From: Oligoflexus sp. | GTDB taxonomy: Bacteria; Bdellovibrionota_B; Oligoflexia; Oligoflexales; Oligoflexaceae | Direction: 5' to 3' | DNA: 21,481 bases | Assembly (NCBI GenBank): GCA_041736305.1 | Contig: JBGSTX010000061.1 | Coordinates: 1 to 21,481, forward strand | Shown here: positions 1 to 8,033 of the stretch, piece after piece | Numbering within the stretch: position 1 is the stretch's first letter | How the letters are laid out: each line of letters opens with the position of its first letter | Made by a program: the position numbers and the translations under genes | Notes under the pieces: model-generated | Told to the model about the DNA's origin: nothing | What the model saw: only the letters and a program-made list of their open reading frames with translations | Database searches by the model: none

Positions 1-437
1 ACCGGCTGCTCCCATGCAGGGGGACAGCCCGAACCTTCGCGCTCTTCGATGGTACTAGTCCATAGACAGCGAAAACGACCTGCGGCCCCATCAAATCGCC
101 CACAGGTTATCTTGGCGAATTTTTCCTGCTTACCGTCTATATCATCTCGCAGAAGTTCCTCTAGATAGTCTTCAGGAAGGCCAATTCCGAAAATTCGTTC
201 ATGATAGCGAAGCACTGAATCGTAGAACTTTCTATCGCCCAGGTAACTACGAACAGCGCGGCGATAGCTGTCTTCTGAGACGGCTGCTTCTTGGTAGTCG
301 CTGTCATTAGGCATCTCCCCTTTGAGGAGATATTTGGCTCGCCGAAGAGCAGTATTGAGGTCCTGCGCCGCCTCGAGGGGCAGTGCTGCCCATGCAAAGC
401 CTAAGACACTCAGGAGTGATAGCCAGAAATTCTTCAT
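1..437 (-). CDS. Secreted protein, N-terminal part only (runs off the left edge); DUF1549/PSD-like helical motif
   Basis: Not in the ORF track. ATG at 437 overlaps the TGA of the upstream lipoprotein gene (ATGA). The frame is open for 145 codons to the edge: MKNFWLSLLSVLGFAWAALPLEAAQDLNTALRRAKYLLKGEMPNDSDYQEAAVSEDSYRRAVRSYLGDRKFYDSVLRYHERIFG... It has a Sec signal peptide. The LRR..L.G..P.....Y...V..YL....F pattern recalls DUF1549-type domains (by eye). Confidence 0.8.
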   Translation of the reverse strand, partial: MKNFWLSLLSVLGFAWAALPLEAAQDLNTALRRAKYLLKGEMPNDSDYQEAAVSEDSYRRAVRSYLGDRKFYDSVLRYHERIFGIGLPEDYLEELLRDDIDGKQEKFAKITCGRFDGAAGRFRCLWTSTIEEREGSGCPPAWEQP

Positions 438-1144
438 AGGAGTAATGCCTCCGCATCGATAATGAGCGCCGTGCAAACGGGGATGTAGTCCGCAAATTGA
501 GCTCTCCCTGTTTGTGCAGCGCCGAGAATAGCCTTCAGACTTGCGAGGGTGGCCTCGTCTAGCGTTCCTGATGGCAATCCGATAAGTCGCTGGGCAAGAA
601 AGCGGACATTGCTGTCCCCATCTTCGGCCGGTGCTGGGAGTATGCTTGCCCAACCAGGATGTAATCCTGGGTCGGGTGCGACGAGCGAGCGGCAGAGTTC
701 TTCCGCTACTTTAAACTCAGCGAGGAGCGAAGTCGCATCATAGGTTTCCTGCGGGACTATCGTGAAGTTTTCGTTGGCTCCTCCGAGGAGCATGCGGAAG
801 GCTTCGACGCGACCAATTTCTCGGGCGACGACCGAACCTTGTTCCCGATATTGCAAGAGGAGCTGCCGTACAAACATGTCAGGATCGGGACGAACGCCGG
901 CAGGTGCGTGGTTGGTCTTGACGTTATAGACGAGTTCCAAAGCACTTTCGTTCAGGCCGTTTGCCCGAGGTCCCAGACTGGCACCGAGGACAGCACTGAC
1001 ATTAGTTTTTTTAGACCCACCGCTCGTAGTCTTCTTCCGAAAAACGTAGCACGAGGAAGTCAGGAAACTGAGAATAAGCGTCAGGGCAAGAAACCTTACC
1101 CCGCGTATGAAGTAATTGGATGATATTCGACTTTTAAAGTCCAT
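434..1144 (-). CDS. Lipoprotein of unknown function
   Basis: ORF track 434..1159. ATG at 1144 is preferred because GGAGG lies 8 nt upstream. A hydrophobic stretch ends in a lipobox-like LTSSC. The C-terminus is helical and ends VCTALIIDAEALLL. Confidence 0.75.
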   Translation of the reverse strand: MDFKSRISSNYFIRGVRFLALTLILSFLTSSCYVFRKKTTSGGSKKTNVSAVLGASLGPRANGLNESALELVYNVKTNHAPAGVRPDPDMFVRQLLLQYREQGSVVAREIGRVEAFRMLLGGANENFTIVPQETYDATSLLAEFKVAEELCRSLVAPDPGLHPGWASILPAPAEDGDSNVRFLAQRLIGLPSGTLDEATLASLKAILGAAQTGRAQFADYIPVCTALIIDAEALLL

Positions 1145-1155
1145 GCTCAAAACCT

Positions 1156-1186
1156 CCACCTCTCATCTCTCGGCTGCTAGAGGTGG
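1156..1186 (-). promoter_or_regulatory. 5'-UTR hairpin overlapping the Shine-Dalgarno of the lipoprotein gene
   Basis: Perfect 8-bp inverted repeat CCACCTCT (1156-1163) / AGAGGTGG (1179-1186). On the mRNA the 3' arm covers GAGGUG and the first GG of GGAGG. Confidence 0.35.
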
Positions 1187-1265
1187 TGCTTCAATCACAG
1201 AAAAAAATTTAAAGCTTTACGAAGTGCATGAAAGTGGTTTTTTAGAGTTAACTACCTGCAATACA

Positions 1266-2330
1266 TCAGAAAAAAATATTTGCCCCAGCTACCGCTCCGA
1301 CCCCTTGCAGGCGGTAATCGGCGTTGAATTCCTGCAGGCTCTGACCGTCCGAACCGTGAACTCCGACTAATCCGACATAAACTGGAAGCGAATAATCGAA
1401 ATGCAGTTTTATGTGCAGACCCAGGCTGGGAATCGTCTCCAGGGAGACGTTTCTATTGTCAGCGTAAGAAAGACTCTTGTAAAGCAGCCTTGTCTCGAGT
1501 TGAAGGTTCTTTCCGTCCAGAGGAAACATTCCACCAAATTGGGTTCTAAAATAGTCCTCTTTAACAGCAATACCGCTGTCTATGCGATTGCCGCCCCCAC
1601 TAGCTTCAATGGCAGCAAATTCTCCGAAAAGATCACCGAAGGAGGGATGCAGACTAGCGAAAATTGCGATCGTGGTGGGACTGTAAACCTTGTCTTCAAA
1701 GCTCAGGCTCCCTTCGTCAAGACTAGTTGACTTCGTCACTGTTCGACTTTTTTGAGCGTCGAACTGAAAAGAAAACCCACCATCGAAACCCCCTCCATGC
1801 TTGACAATAACAAGGTGCGGATAGTTCATCGAAACCGAACTATAGTGATCCTTGGCTTTGAAATTCTCCGTATCAGAATTGAGATCGTAGCTAGATATAG
1901 TCAGCAAATTTAAACCTAGAATGAGATCTAGATTGTTTTGGGTGGCAAAAATCATTTCTAGCTTGGGCCGGCTTTCAAGCCATGACCCTTCACTAATCAT
2001 CCTGGGCAATTGTTTGCCTTCTTTTTTCTCAAAGGTACCCACCAATGGCAGAGTCAATCGAGCGCTGGCATTAGGGCTGAAGGCGAACTGCTGCATGATT
2101 TTCAGCTTATTAATAACGAATCTGTCGTAGCTTACGGCACCAGTCCCAGCTGTTTTTACCTCACCATCAAGCAGTACCGACTGCAGAGAGGCCTCGAAAC
2201 GAGTGGCACGCCCTAGACGGATGGCCTCTGAGGCCAAGGTATCGTCGAAGAGGACCTCATAGGTAAAAGCCTCGGCTCGAGGCATGCAAAGTATCCAAGC
2301 GCCGATGACGATCGAAGGCAAGCGCCGCAT
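1266..2330 (-). CDS. Probable outer-membrane beta-barrel protein
   Basis: 354 aa. Signal peptide ends AEA|F, there are many alternating hydrophobic/polar strands, and the protein ends in Phe (VGAVAGANIFF), typical of a BAM beta-signal. RBS AGGAAGGGG. Confidence 0.65.
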   Translation of the reverse strand: MRRLPSIVIGAWILCMPRAEAFTYEVLFDDTLASEAIRLGRATRFEASLQSVLLDGEVKTAGTGAVSYDRFVINKLKIMQQFAFSPNASARLTLPLVGTFEKKEGKQLPRMISEGSWLESRPKLEMIFATQNNLDLILGLNLLTISSYDLNSDTENFKAKDHYSSVSMNYPHLVIVKHGGGFDGGFSFQFDAQKSRTVTKSTSLDEGSLSFEDKVYSPTTIAIFASLHPSFGDLFGEFAAIEASGGGNRIDSGIAVKEDYFRTQFGGMFPLDGKNLQLETRLLYKSLSYADNRNVSLETIPSLGLHIKLHFDYSLPVYVGLVGVHGSDGQSLQEFNADYRLQGVGAVAGANIFF

Positions 2331-2386
2331 CTCGACCCCTTCCTAAAGCCAATTATTTTCGCAAGAACTCAGTTTGTCTGTTTTGA

Positions 2387-2415
2387 ATTTTAGGTTATTC
2401 CCAGATCGATCGGAA
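2387..2415 (-). promoter_or_regulatory. Candidate sigma70 promoter for the beta-barrel gene
   Basis: TTCCGA-N17-TAAAAT on the minus strand in the intergenic gap. Confidence 0.3.
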
Positions 2416-2445
2416 GGCTAATGTGATCAGAGGAGCAGAAGCGCC

Positions 2446-4086
2446 TTATGCTGGCTCCCAGTCTTTTCCCATAAGTGACAAGGAAACTTGGCCTCGGAAG
2501 ACGTTTTTGCTGGCGTAGACCAGGAATCTCGCGGACGAGAGGAATTCGAGTGATTCAAAGACCTCGTGAAAGAAATTGATTTTCAGAGGGGTACCTCCTT
2601 CGCCGGAGATCATGACCTGCGTATGTTTAGGTTCTCCTGTTGTTCGATCGGTGAGAAAGCGGACATGGCGAATAGGGGCTTCGATGCAAAATAAAGGCTC
2701 TTCAAAACCGTGGCCAAAAGGCTTCAAGGTCTCGAGTTGCAGGGCTAAATCGAGGGTGAGCAAGTCAGTGGGTAGCCGTGCGTCATAGCTTATCTTACTC
2801 TGCCAAATCTCAGGCATCAGAGCGCGTAAACGTTCGGCATTATCATTCAGTGCCTTACGGATACCGTCCTCGTGCTCTCTTTTAAAAGAAAATCCACCTG
2901 CTGCTCTATGGCCACCAAATTTCTCAAAGAGATGTCCTACAGCCGTCATAGCATCGGTGACGTCGAATCCCGAGATAGAGCGAGCCGACCCCTTGCAGAA
3001 TTCGGACTGTCGCTCAAAAAGCCATGTAGGTCTCCAGAATCGTTCCGCTACTTTACTAGCAGCGATACCCACAACTCCTGTATGCCAGCCTTCACTGCCT
3101 AAAAAAAGCAGCGGCTGGTCCCTATAATCCTGGGCCTGCTCATAGGCATCTTTTACAATCCGGGACTGAATGAGCTTTCGCTCCTCGTTACAGACGCCCA
3201 TGAAGCGCACCAGCGGATCAGGTTCGTTTTGAACGAAGGCTTGGATCACAGCTTTTGCATGGCGCAGGCGTCCTACTGCATTGATGCGCGGGCCAATGCG
3301 GAACCCGACATCTTTTTCATCTAGACCTTCTTCGAGGGCACTGGCTTCCCGTAGCCGCTTCAGCACAGGCCGCTGACTCTTCAGTAAAGCCTTTACACCC
3401 ATATTCGCGAGCCGATGATTGACGCCATTCAAAGGCACTACGTCGCAGATAGTAGCCATGCCCACCAGGGCGAGAATATCGTTCCAAACTTCTTGAGATA
3501 CCGGAAAACGGCTAGCAAGTTTTCTCAGTAGGACGAAGGTGATGCCACAACCGCACAGTTCCTGATACTGGGGATCAGGGTGAGTCTTCGGATTCAAAAT
3601 AATGCAGTCGGGCATTTTTTCGGGCTGGATTTTGTGGTGATCGGTGCAGATAAATTCAACACCGCGCGATTTGCAGTACGCAGCTTCCTGATTGGCTGTG
3701 ATGCCGGTGTCCATAGTCAGGATAAGTTCTGCGCCTTCGTTGTCAATCAAGTGTTGGACCGCTTTAAGGTTGAGTCCATAACCTTCTTCAAATCGACAGG
3801 GGATATACGATACGTAGTTGCTGAATCCAATAGCATCAAAAAACCAGATCCAGCTCACGCAGCTCATGGTCCCATCGACGTCATAGTCTGCATAAAGTGC
3901 GATGCGGCTTTTTTTTTGTATGGCTCGGCTGATTGTTTCAGCTGCGTCCAGGAGACCATAATCGCCATAGCTCAGTTGCTCAGGAGCTACAAAATTCCTG
4001 TTTTTACTTATAATATCAATAACTTGATTCTTGGACCGCGGTTCCAACAGCTGCTGTGGCGCCCAGATTTGAAATTTTTGACCCAC
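2446..4086 (-). CDS. recJ: Single-stranded-DNA-specific exonuclease RecJ
   Basis: DHH-family motifs DYDVDG, TMDTG, TDHH and DVVPL, plus PRINAVGRL, GSARS and GGHRAAGG (DHHA1). The ORF track starts at ATG 4152. GTG 4086 is preferred because it has an SD (AAGGTGG) and a sigma70 promoter lies between the two starts. Confidence 0.95.
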   Translation of the reverse strand: MGQKFQIWAPQQLLEPRSKNQVIDIISKNRNFVAPEQLSYGDYGLLDAAETISRAIQKKSRIALYADYDVDGTMSCVSWIWFFDAIGFSNYVSYIPCRFEEGYGLNLKAVQHLIDNEGAELILTMDTGITANQEAAYCKSRGVEFICTDHHKIQPEKMPDCIILNPKTHPDPQYQELCGCGITFVLLRKLASRFPVSQEVWNDILALVGMATICDVVPLNGVNHRLANMGVKALLKSQRPVLKRLREASALEEGLDEKDVGFRIGPRINAVGRLRHAKAVIQAFVQNEPDPLVRFMGVCNEERKLIQSRIVKDAYEQAQDYRDQPLLFLGSEGWHTGVVGIAASKVAERFWRPTWLFERQSEFCKGSARSISGFDVTDAMTAVGHLFEKFGGHRAAGGFSFKREHEDGIRKALNDNAERLRALMPEIWQSKISYDARLPTDLLTLDLALQLETLKPFGHGFEEPLFCIEAPIRHVRFLTDRTTGEPKHTQVMISGEGGTPLKINFFHEVFESLEFLSSARFLVYASKNVFRGQVSLSLMGKDWEPA

Positions 4087-4119
4087 TCTATGCCACCTTT
4101 CCCAAGTCTTGAGCGTTGC

Positions 4120-4148
4120 AGCATACCTTTTACGTGTCAGTCCGGCAA
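4120..4148 (-). promoter_or_regulatory. Sigma70-type promoter for recJ
   Basis: TTGCCG-N17-TATGCT on the minus strand, ending 33 nt upstream of GTG 4086. Confidence 0.5.
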
Positions 4149-4200
4149 GCATAAGGGCTCGTCTTTCCTAGCAGACTGGGTAAGGACTGCCTTGAATCGC

Positions 4201-4227
4201 TCAAGTTCGAATTCTTTCGGCCGAGAA
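4201..4227 (+). promoter_or_regulatory. Sigma28 (FliA)-type promoter
   Basis: TCAAGTTC-N11-GCCGAGAA versus consensus TAAAGTTT-N11-GCCGATAA, with exact spacing, 75 nt upstream of ATG 4303. Confidence 0.6.
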
Positions 4228-4302
4228 AGAACTCATCACGGCTTCAAAGAAAGAATCCCAGGACGGTTGATTCAGAGGAAGCTCAGTTGAGGACAGGATG
4301 TC

Positions 4303-5046
4303 ATGAAACTTAAACGTACAAGTACTGCTATACAGATCCTTGCTTCGCTTGCCCTAATGTTTTTCCTCAATGGGTGCGTGGGTTCCGTTGGAGTCGACCC
4401 CTCGGAAGATCCAGTACAGCCTGATGCGAATGAAAACGCCAATGCGGAAAACAGTGAGGAAAACACAGAAGACAATGGCGAGAACGGCAACTTCACTGCC
4501 AATGAAGAGAATGTGGGCAACGGTGAAAATGTCGCTGAAAATATCGGTAATAATACCGGTGATGGCGAAGAGCTGAACAATGCTAGTGACGACGATTTTG
4601 CAAATGAAGGTAACAACCAAAAGGTTGCCGAGGGAAACAACGAACTTTTCGGTAATCAGGGCAACAAAGGCGGCAACCTTAGCCAGAATAACAACCTCGG
4701 ACTCAACCAAGGGCAGGATGCTCTGGTGAACAATGCTGAATCAGACATCGAACCGGCACCCAACCTCCAGCAAGGTGCAACTGATGGAGGAGAGGAACTG
4801 GCCCCTGTTAGTCGCAATTCGACGACAGTTTCAACAAATGGAAAAGTCCGCTACGTCATGGCCGGCGGAACAAAACTATACGAAAAACCGCAAGGAACTA
4901 TTGTAAAGAGTCTCGAACAAGGCGATCATCCTTTAGTATCTGAAGATGGCGAGTGGGCTCGAACATCAGACGGCTTCTATGTTCCCAGCTCAAGTCTTAC
5001 TTCGGATCCCGTAGGAAGATTTAAAACTCGTCAGGATTGGCAATAG
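4303..5046 (+). CDS. Lipoprotein with an Asn/Glu/Gly-rich low-complexity linker and a C-terminal SH3b-like domain
   Basis: Lipobox FLNGC. About 31 of residues 41-144 are Asn. The C-terminal VRYV...LYEKP..TIVKSLEQGD..LV...GEWART..GFYV...L fits the bacterial SH3 pattern. Confidence 0.75.
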   Translation: MKLKRTSTAIQILASLALMFFLNGCVGSVGVDPSEDPVQPDANENANAENSEENTEDNGENGNFTANEENVGNGENVAENIGNNTGDGEELNNASDDDFANEGNNQKVAEGNNELFGNQGNKGGNLSQNNNLGLNQGQDALVNNAESDIEPAPNLQQGATDGGEELAPVSRNSTTVSTNGKVRYVMAGGTKLYEKPQGTIVKSLEQGDHPLVSEDGEWARTSDGFYVPSSSLTSDPVGRFKTRQDWQ

Positions 5047-5049
5047 AAA

Positions 5050-5072
5050 GCGGATTATTATCCGTATTTTTT
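5050..5072 (+). terminator. Possible weak intrinsic terminator
   Basis: GCGGAT-TATT-ATCCGT stem followed by ATTTTTT, just after the stop at 5046. Confidence 0.35.
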
Positions 5073-5185
5073 CTAAGTTGACATGAATGATATTTATTGG
5101 TTCCATAAATTACTTCAGATTTGTTACCCTTAGATGTCATCCAATCACATCAATGAAATGAAGAACACATCAACTTGGAGAGGCC

Positions 5186-6520
5186 ATGTTCAAACTACAT
5201 AGCCTGTATGTGACAAGTGCCTTGACTCTCTTGTCAGGCTGCAACATCGGAACGCCCCGAGCTCTCACAGCAGGACATCCTCCGCCTGGTATCGAGGTGG
5301 ATACATCCTTAGCGCAGTATTCGGCTGCCCAGCCTAAGACTCCCGCCAACGATCAATTCGTTACGCAGCATAAAGTCACTCAGGGCTCGAGCTTTTATCA
5401 AACAGCAAAAAATCTCGGTTTAGACGCTCCTATTATCCTCGAATGGGTAAAGGCCTCAAAGAATGTATTTCCTCTCGATGAGGTGGTTGCTGGTACCAGT
5501 TTTAGTATTACCTGGGATTCTTCTGATAAAACTTCGCCCCAGCGGCTCGAGCTCAAGAATTCTGCCGACTCAAGTGTGGTGATCGAAAAAGATCAGACCG
5601 ATTCTGAGTGGACGGCGAGCAAGCTCCAGCTTCCGGTGACAACAGTGCAAAAAACATTCAATGGCACTGTAAGCTCATCGCTTTGGGAATCAGCTGAAGT
5701 CGCTGGCATGGATCCAAGTCTCATATCTAAACTCACCGAAGTGTTTGCCTGGCAAATAGATTTCAACCGCGCAGTTAAACGCGGTGATCGCTGGCGCTTG
5801 ACGGTTGAGCAAAAGATGGTCAATGCGGATGCTATTGGTTGGGGCCCCATCCAAGTCGCTGAATATGAGAACGGCGGTCAGCTCTACACAGGAGTTCGTT
5901 TCCCGCAAACTGGCGATACCGGTGCTTATTATGCAACCAATGGCCAGAGTCTCAAGCGCATGTTCCTCAAGAGCCCCATCAAATTTGGTCGCATTACTTC
6001 GGGATTCTCGCAGAGTCGCTTTCATCCAATTCTGAATGTTAACCGGCCGCACAACGGTGTGGATTACGGTGCCCCACGCGGCACTCCCGTTCTCTCTGTA
6101 GGCAAGGGTCGTATTGTGACCATGGGCTTCAATCGGAGCAACGGACGCATGATCAAAGTCAGGCACAATGGGATCTATGCCACCGCTTATCTCCATCTCC
6201 ATAGCTTCGCTCCAAGCCTGCGTGTAGGCTCGGAAGTCGAACAAGGGCAATTAATTGAAACAGTTGGATCAACTGGTTTAGCTACCGGCCCACATCTTCA
6301 TTTCTCCTTCTATGAAAATGGCGTCTATGTAGATCCGATGGGTATCAAGTTTCCTTCTGCTGATCCGATAGCAGCCCGGGACATGGATGCTTATCAGAAA
6401 CTTGTTTCAACGATGCTCCAATCCTTACCAGCCTGGCAGTTGGCGGATAATACCGAAAGCCTGAAGGGACCCTTATCCCTTAGTCTGGAACGTAGCCAGG
6501 ATCAGGGTCTCATGCACTGA
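5186..6520 (+). CDS. M23-family peptidoglycan DD-endopeptidase (MepM/OapA-like), lipoprotein
   Basis: Zn motifs HNGVDY (HxxxD) and TGPHLHF (HxH), plus RITSGFS..RFHPIL and the FAWQIDF...GD middle domain. Lipobox LLSGC. RBS GGAGAGG. Confidence 0.92.
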   Translation: MFKLHSLYVTSALTLLSGCNIGTPRALTAGHPPPGIEVDTSLAQYSAAQPKTPANDQFVTQHKVTQGSSFYQTAKNLGLDAPIILEWVKASKNVFPLDEVVAGTSFSITWDSSDKTSPQRLELKNSADSSVVIEKDQTDSEWTASKLQLPVTTVQKTFNGTVSSSLWESAEVAGMDPSLISKLTEVFAWQIDFNRAVKRGDRWRLTVEQKMVNADAIGWGPIQVAEYENGGQLYTGVRFPQTGDTGAYYATNGQSLKRMFLKSPIKFGRITSGFSQSRFHPILNVNRPHNGVDYGAPRGTPVLSVGKGRIVTMGFNRSNGRMIKVRHNGIYATAYLHLHSFAPSLRVGSEVEQGQLIETVGSTGLATGPHLHFSFYENGVYVDPMGIKFPSADPIAARDMDAYQKLVSTMLQSLPAWQLADNTESLKGPLSLSLERSQDQGLMH

Positions 6521-6534
6521 GGTTCTAGTTAGAG

Positions 6535-7317
6535 ATGAGAAGCGTTCAGCCATCAATTGCAATCAGCGGTGCATTTCTCATCACCCTGGGCCTATTCGCC
6601 AGCTGCTCTCCACAGGGGCAGTGGACTCCCGTCCTGCACTCTCCGAACCAAGCTTTCCTCGCCCAGTCTGGAAGCAACCCAAGCGCCTCCGGAAGCTTTC
6701 TCCGCACTCAATCTGGTCTACCAGAAGCATGTAAGACCGAAATCGCAAGTCCCTTAGGCACATTTTGCCTAAGTTGCCGCTATGAACCTTGGTTCGTGCA
6801 GCGCTGCTACGACTATGCAGGAGCAGTGTCTCCTGATGAACAATGCGTTCATACACCTGATCAAATAAAGTGCCTCATGGACCAGCCTCTTTTTGCATTG
6901 GTCCTGCCTCTCAAAAGGTCGCAGGAGCGGGCCCTCCTTGAAAACTATTTAACATGGGAAGCTACAGTTCGTGATATCTGGGAAGGGCGACTGGAGGATC
7001 TTGAAAAAGAAAGCATGAAACGCCTTCTTCAATTTACTCGCAACTGGGCCGAACATTTAACTCAGCGCCGGGCAGCGGAGCTTAGCGACGACGAACTACT
7101 TGCATCTTTTGCCTCAGTCGGGCCCCAAAGTCCCAACTTGCTGAGCCAGCTGCGCAGAAGTCTCGAAAATTTGCAAAAAGAGCGTTTGGCAGGCCGCCTT
7201 AACCTGATTAGCTACCTTCAGGAAATTCGGAATGTTCTCGGTACGTTGGACGTTCTCTCACCACTCCAAGAATATCTCAACGCCCTGAGCCTCGAAGGTC
7301 TGGAAGAAGGCATTTAG
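6535..7317 (+). CDS. Cys-rich lipoprotein of unknown function
   Basis: Lipobox-like LFASC. Six further Cys cluster within about 50 aa, followed by a Leu/Glu-rich helical region. Starts 14 nt after the M23 gene. Confidence 0.65.
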   Translation: MRSVQPSIAISGAFLITLGLFASCSPQGQWTPVLHSPNQAFLAQSGSNPSASGSFLRTQSGLPEACKTEIASPLGTFCLSCRYEPWFVQRCYDYAGAVSPDEQCVHTPDQIKCLMDQPLFALVLPLKRSQERALLENYLTWEATVRDIWEGRLEDLEKESMKRLLQFTRNWAEHLTQRRAAELSDDELLASFASVGPQSPNLLSQLRRSLENLQKERLAGRLNLISYLQEIRNVLGTLDVLSPLQEYLNALSLEGLEEGI

Positions 7318-7328
7318 AGGCAAAGGCA

Positions 7329-8033
7329 TTAAGAAGGGCTCTTAACTTTGCCCTCTTCCGCCTTGAGGCGATAAAATTCTTTTGCCTCGGGTTCCAGTAG
7401 TGCCACCACCTCGTCCACGGTTCGAGCGAGGACAATGTGATCCAGGTCTTTCTTATCCATCAGCTTCATTTGGAGCGGAAATGCTTCCATCCACTTAAAA
7501 AGCCCTTCCCACATCGTGCCGAGAAGAATGAAGGGCCGCGGTGAAATATGATTCACCTGCATAAGCTGCCAGGTATAAAAAAGTTCTAGTAAGGTTCCGA
7601 TTCCACCGGGCGTGACAACCACAGCATTGCTTATGCGCATAAACTCATCGAGGCGAGATGAGAAGCGACGGTGATGATATTTTACATCGAGATGGGAGTT
7701 AGTATCGGTCTCGAAAGGTAGCTGAATATGTAATCCAAAGGATCGGCTCCGAAGATTACCACCGTCTTTGGCTCCAAAATTGGCCGCCTCCATGAGGCCA
7801 GGCCCACCACCAGTAACGATATCGATATTCAGCTGCGAGAGCTTCTTAGCTAGTGCGTAGACTTGCTTATATTCTTCCGTATCGGGTTTTATCCGAGCTG
7901 AGCCGAAGATGCTGACTCGATAGAAATCACTACCTAACTCAGTGACCAGTGTATCCAGATCAGCGACAATGTCGTTGAGTTGCTGGATCTTCTTAGAGAG
8001 AAATTTTCGAACGCGCTTTTGTTCTACAACCAT
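7329..8033 (-). CDS. LOG-family nucleotide phosphoribohydrolase (Rossmann fold)
   Basis: Motifs IFGSAR, TGGGPGLMEAAN and PGGIGTLLE. Confidence 0.9.
   Translation of the reverse strand: MVVEQKRVRKFLSKKIQQLNDIVADLDTLVTELGSDFYRVSIFGSARIKPDTEEYKQVYALAKKLSQLNIDIVTGGGPGLMEAANFGAKDGGNLRSRSFGLHIQLPFETDTNSHLDVKYHHRRFSSRLDEFMRISNAVVVTPGGIGTLLELFYTWQLMQVNHISPRPFILLGTMWEGLFKWMEAFPLQMKLMDKKDLDHIVLARTVDEVVALLEPEAKEFYRLKAEEGKVKSPS

Noticed and set aside
161..495. Short minus-strand ORFs 161..397 and 307..495
   Set aside because: They are alternative frames over the better-supported CDS starting at 437.
3580..4290. 236-aa plus-strand ORF
   Set aside because: Antisense shadow of recJ with no recognisable motifs.
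4272..4710. Hydrophobic or Ser/Phe-rich minus-strand ORFs
   Set aside because: Artefacts of the reverse complement of the Asn/Glu-rich (AAC/GAA) codons in the lipoprotein.
4423..4734. Possible tandem repeat, CRISPR-like array or curlin repeats
   Set aside because: No fixed-period DNA repeat or repeat-spacer structure, and it lacks regular curlin spacing.
5690..6250. 186-aa minus-strand ORF and similar antisense ORFs within the large genes
   Set aside because: Fully nested opposite well-supported genes, with no motifs or RBS support.
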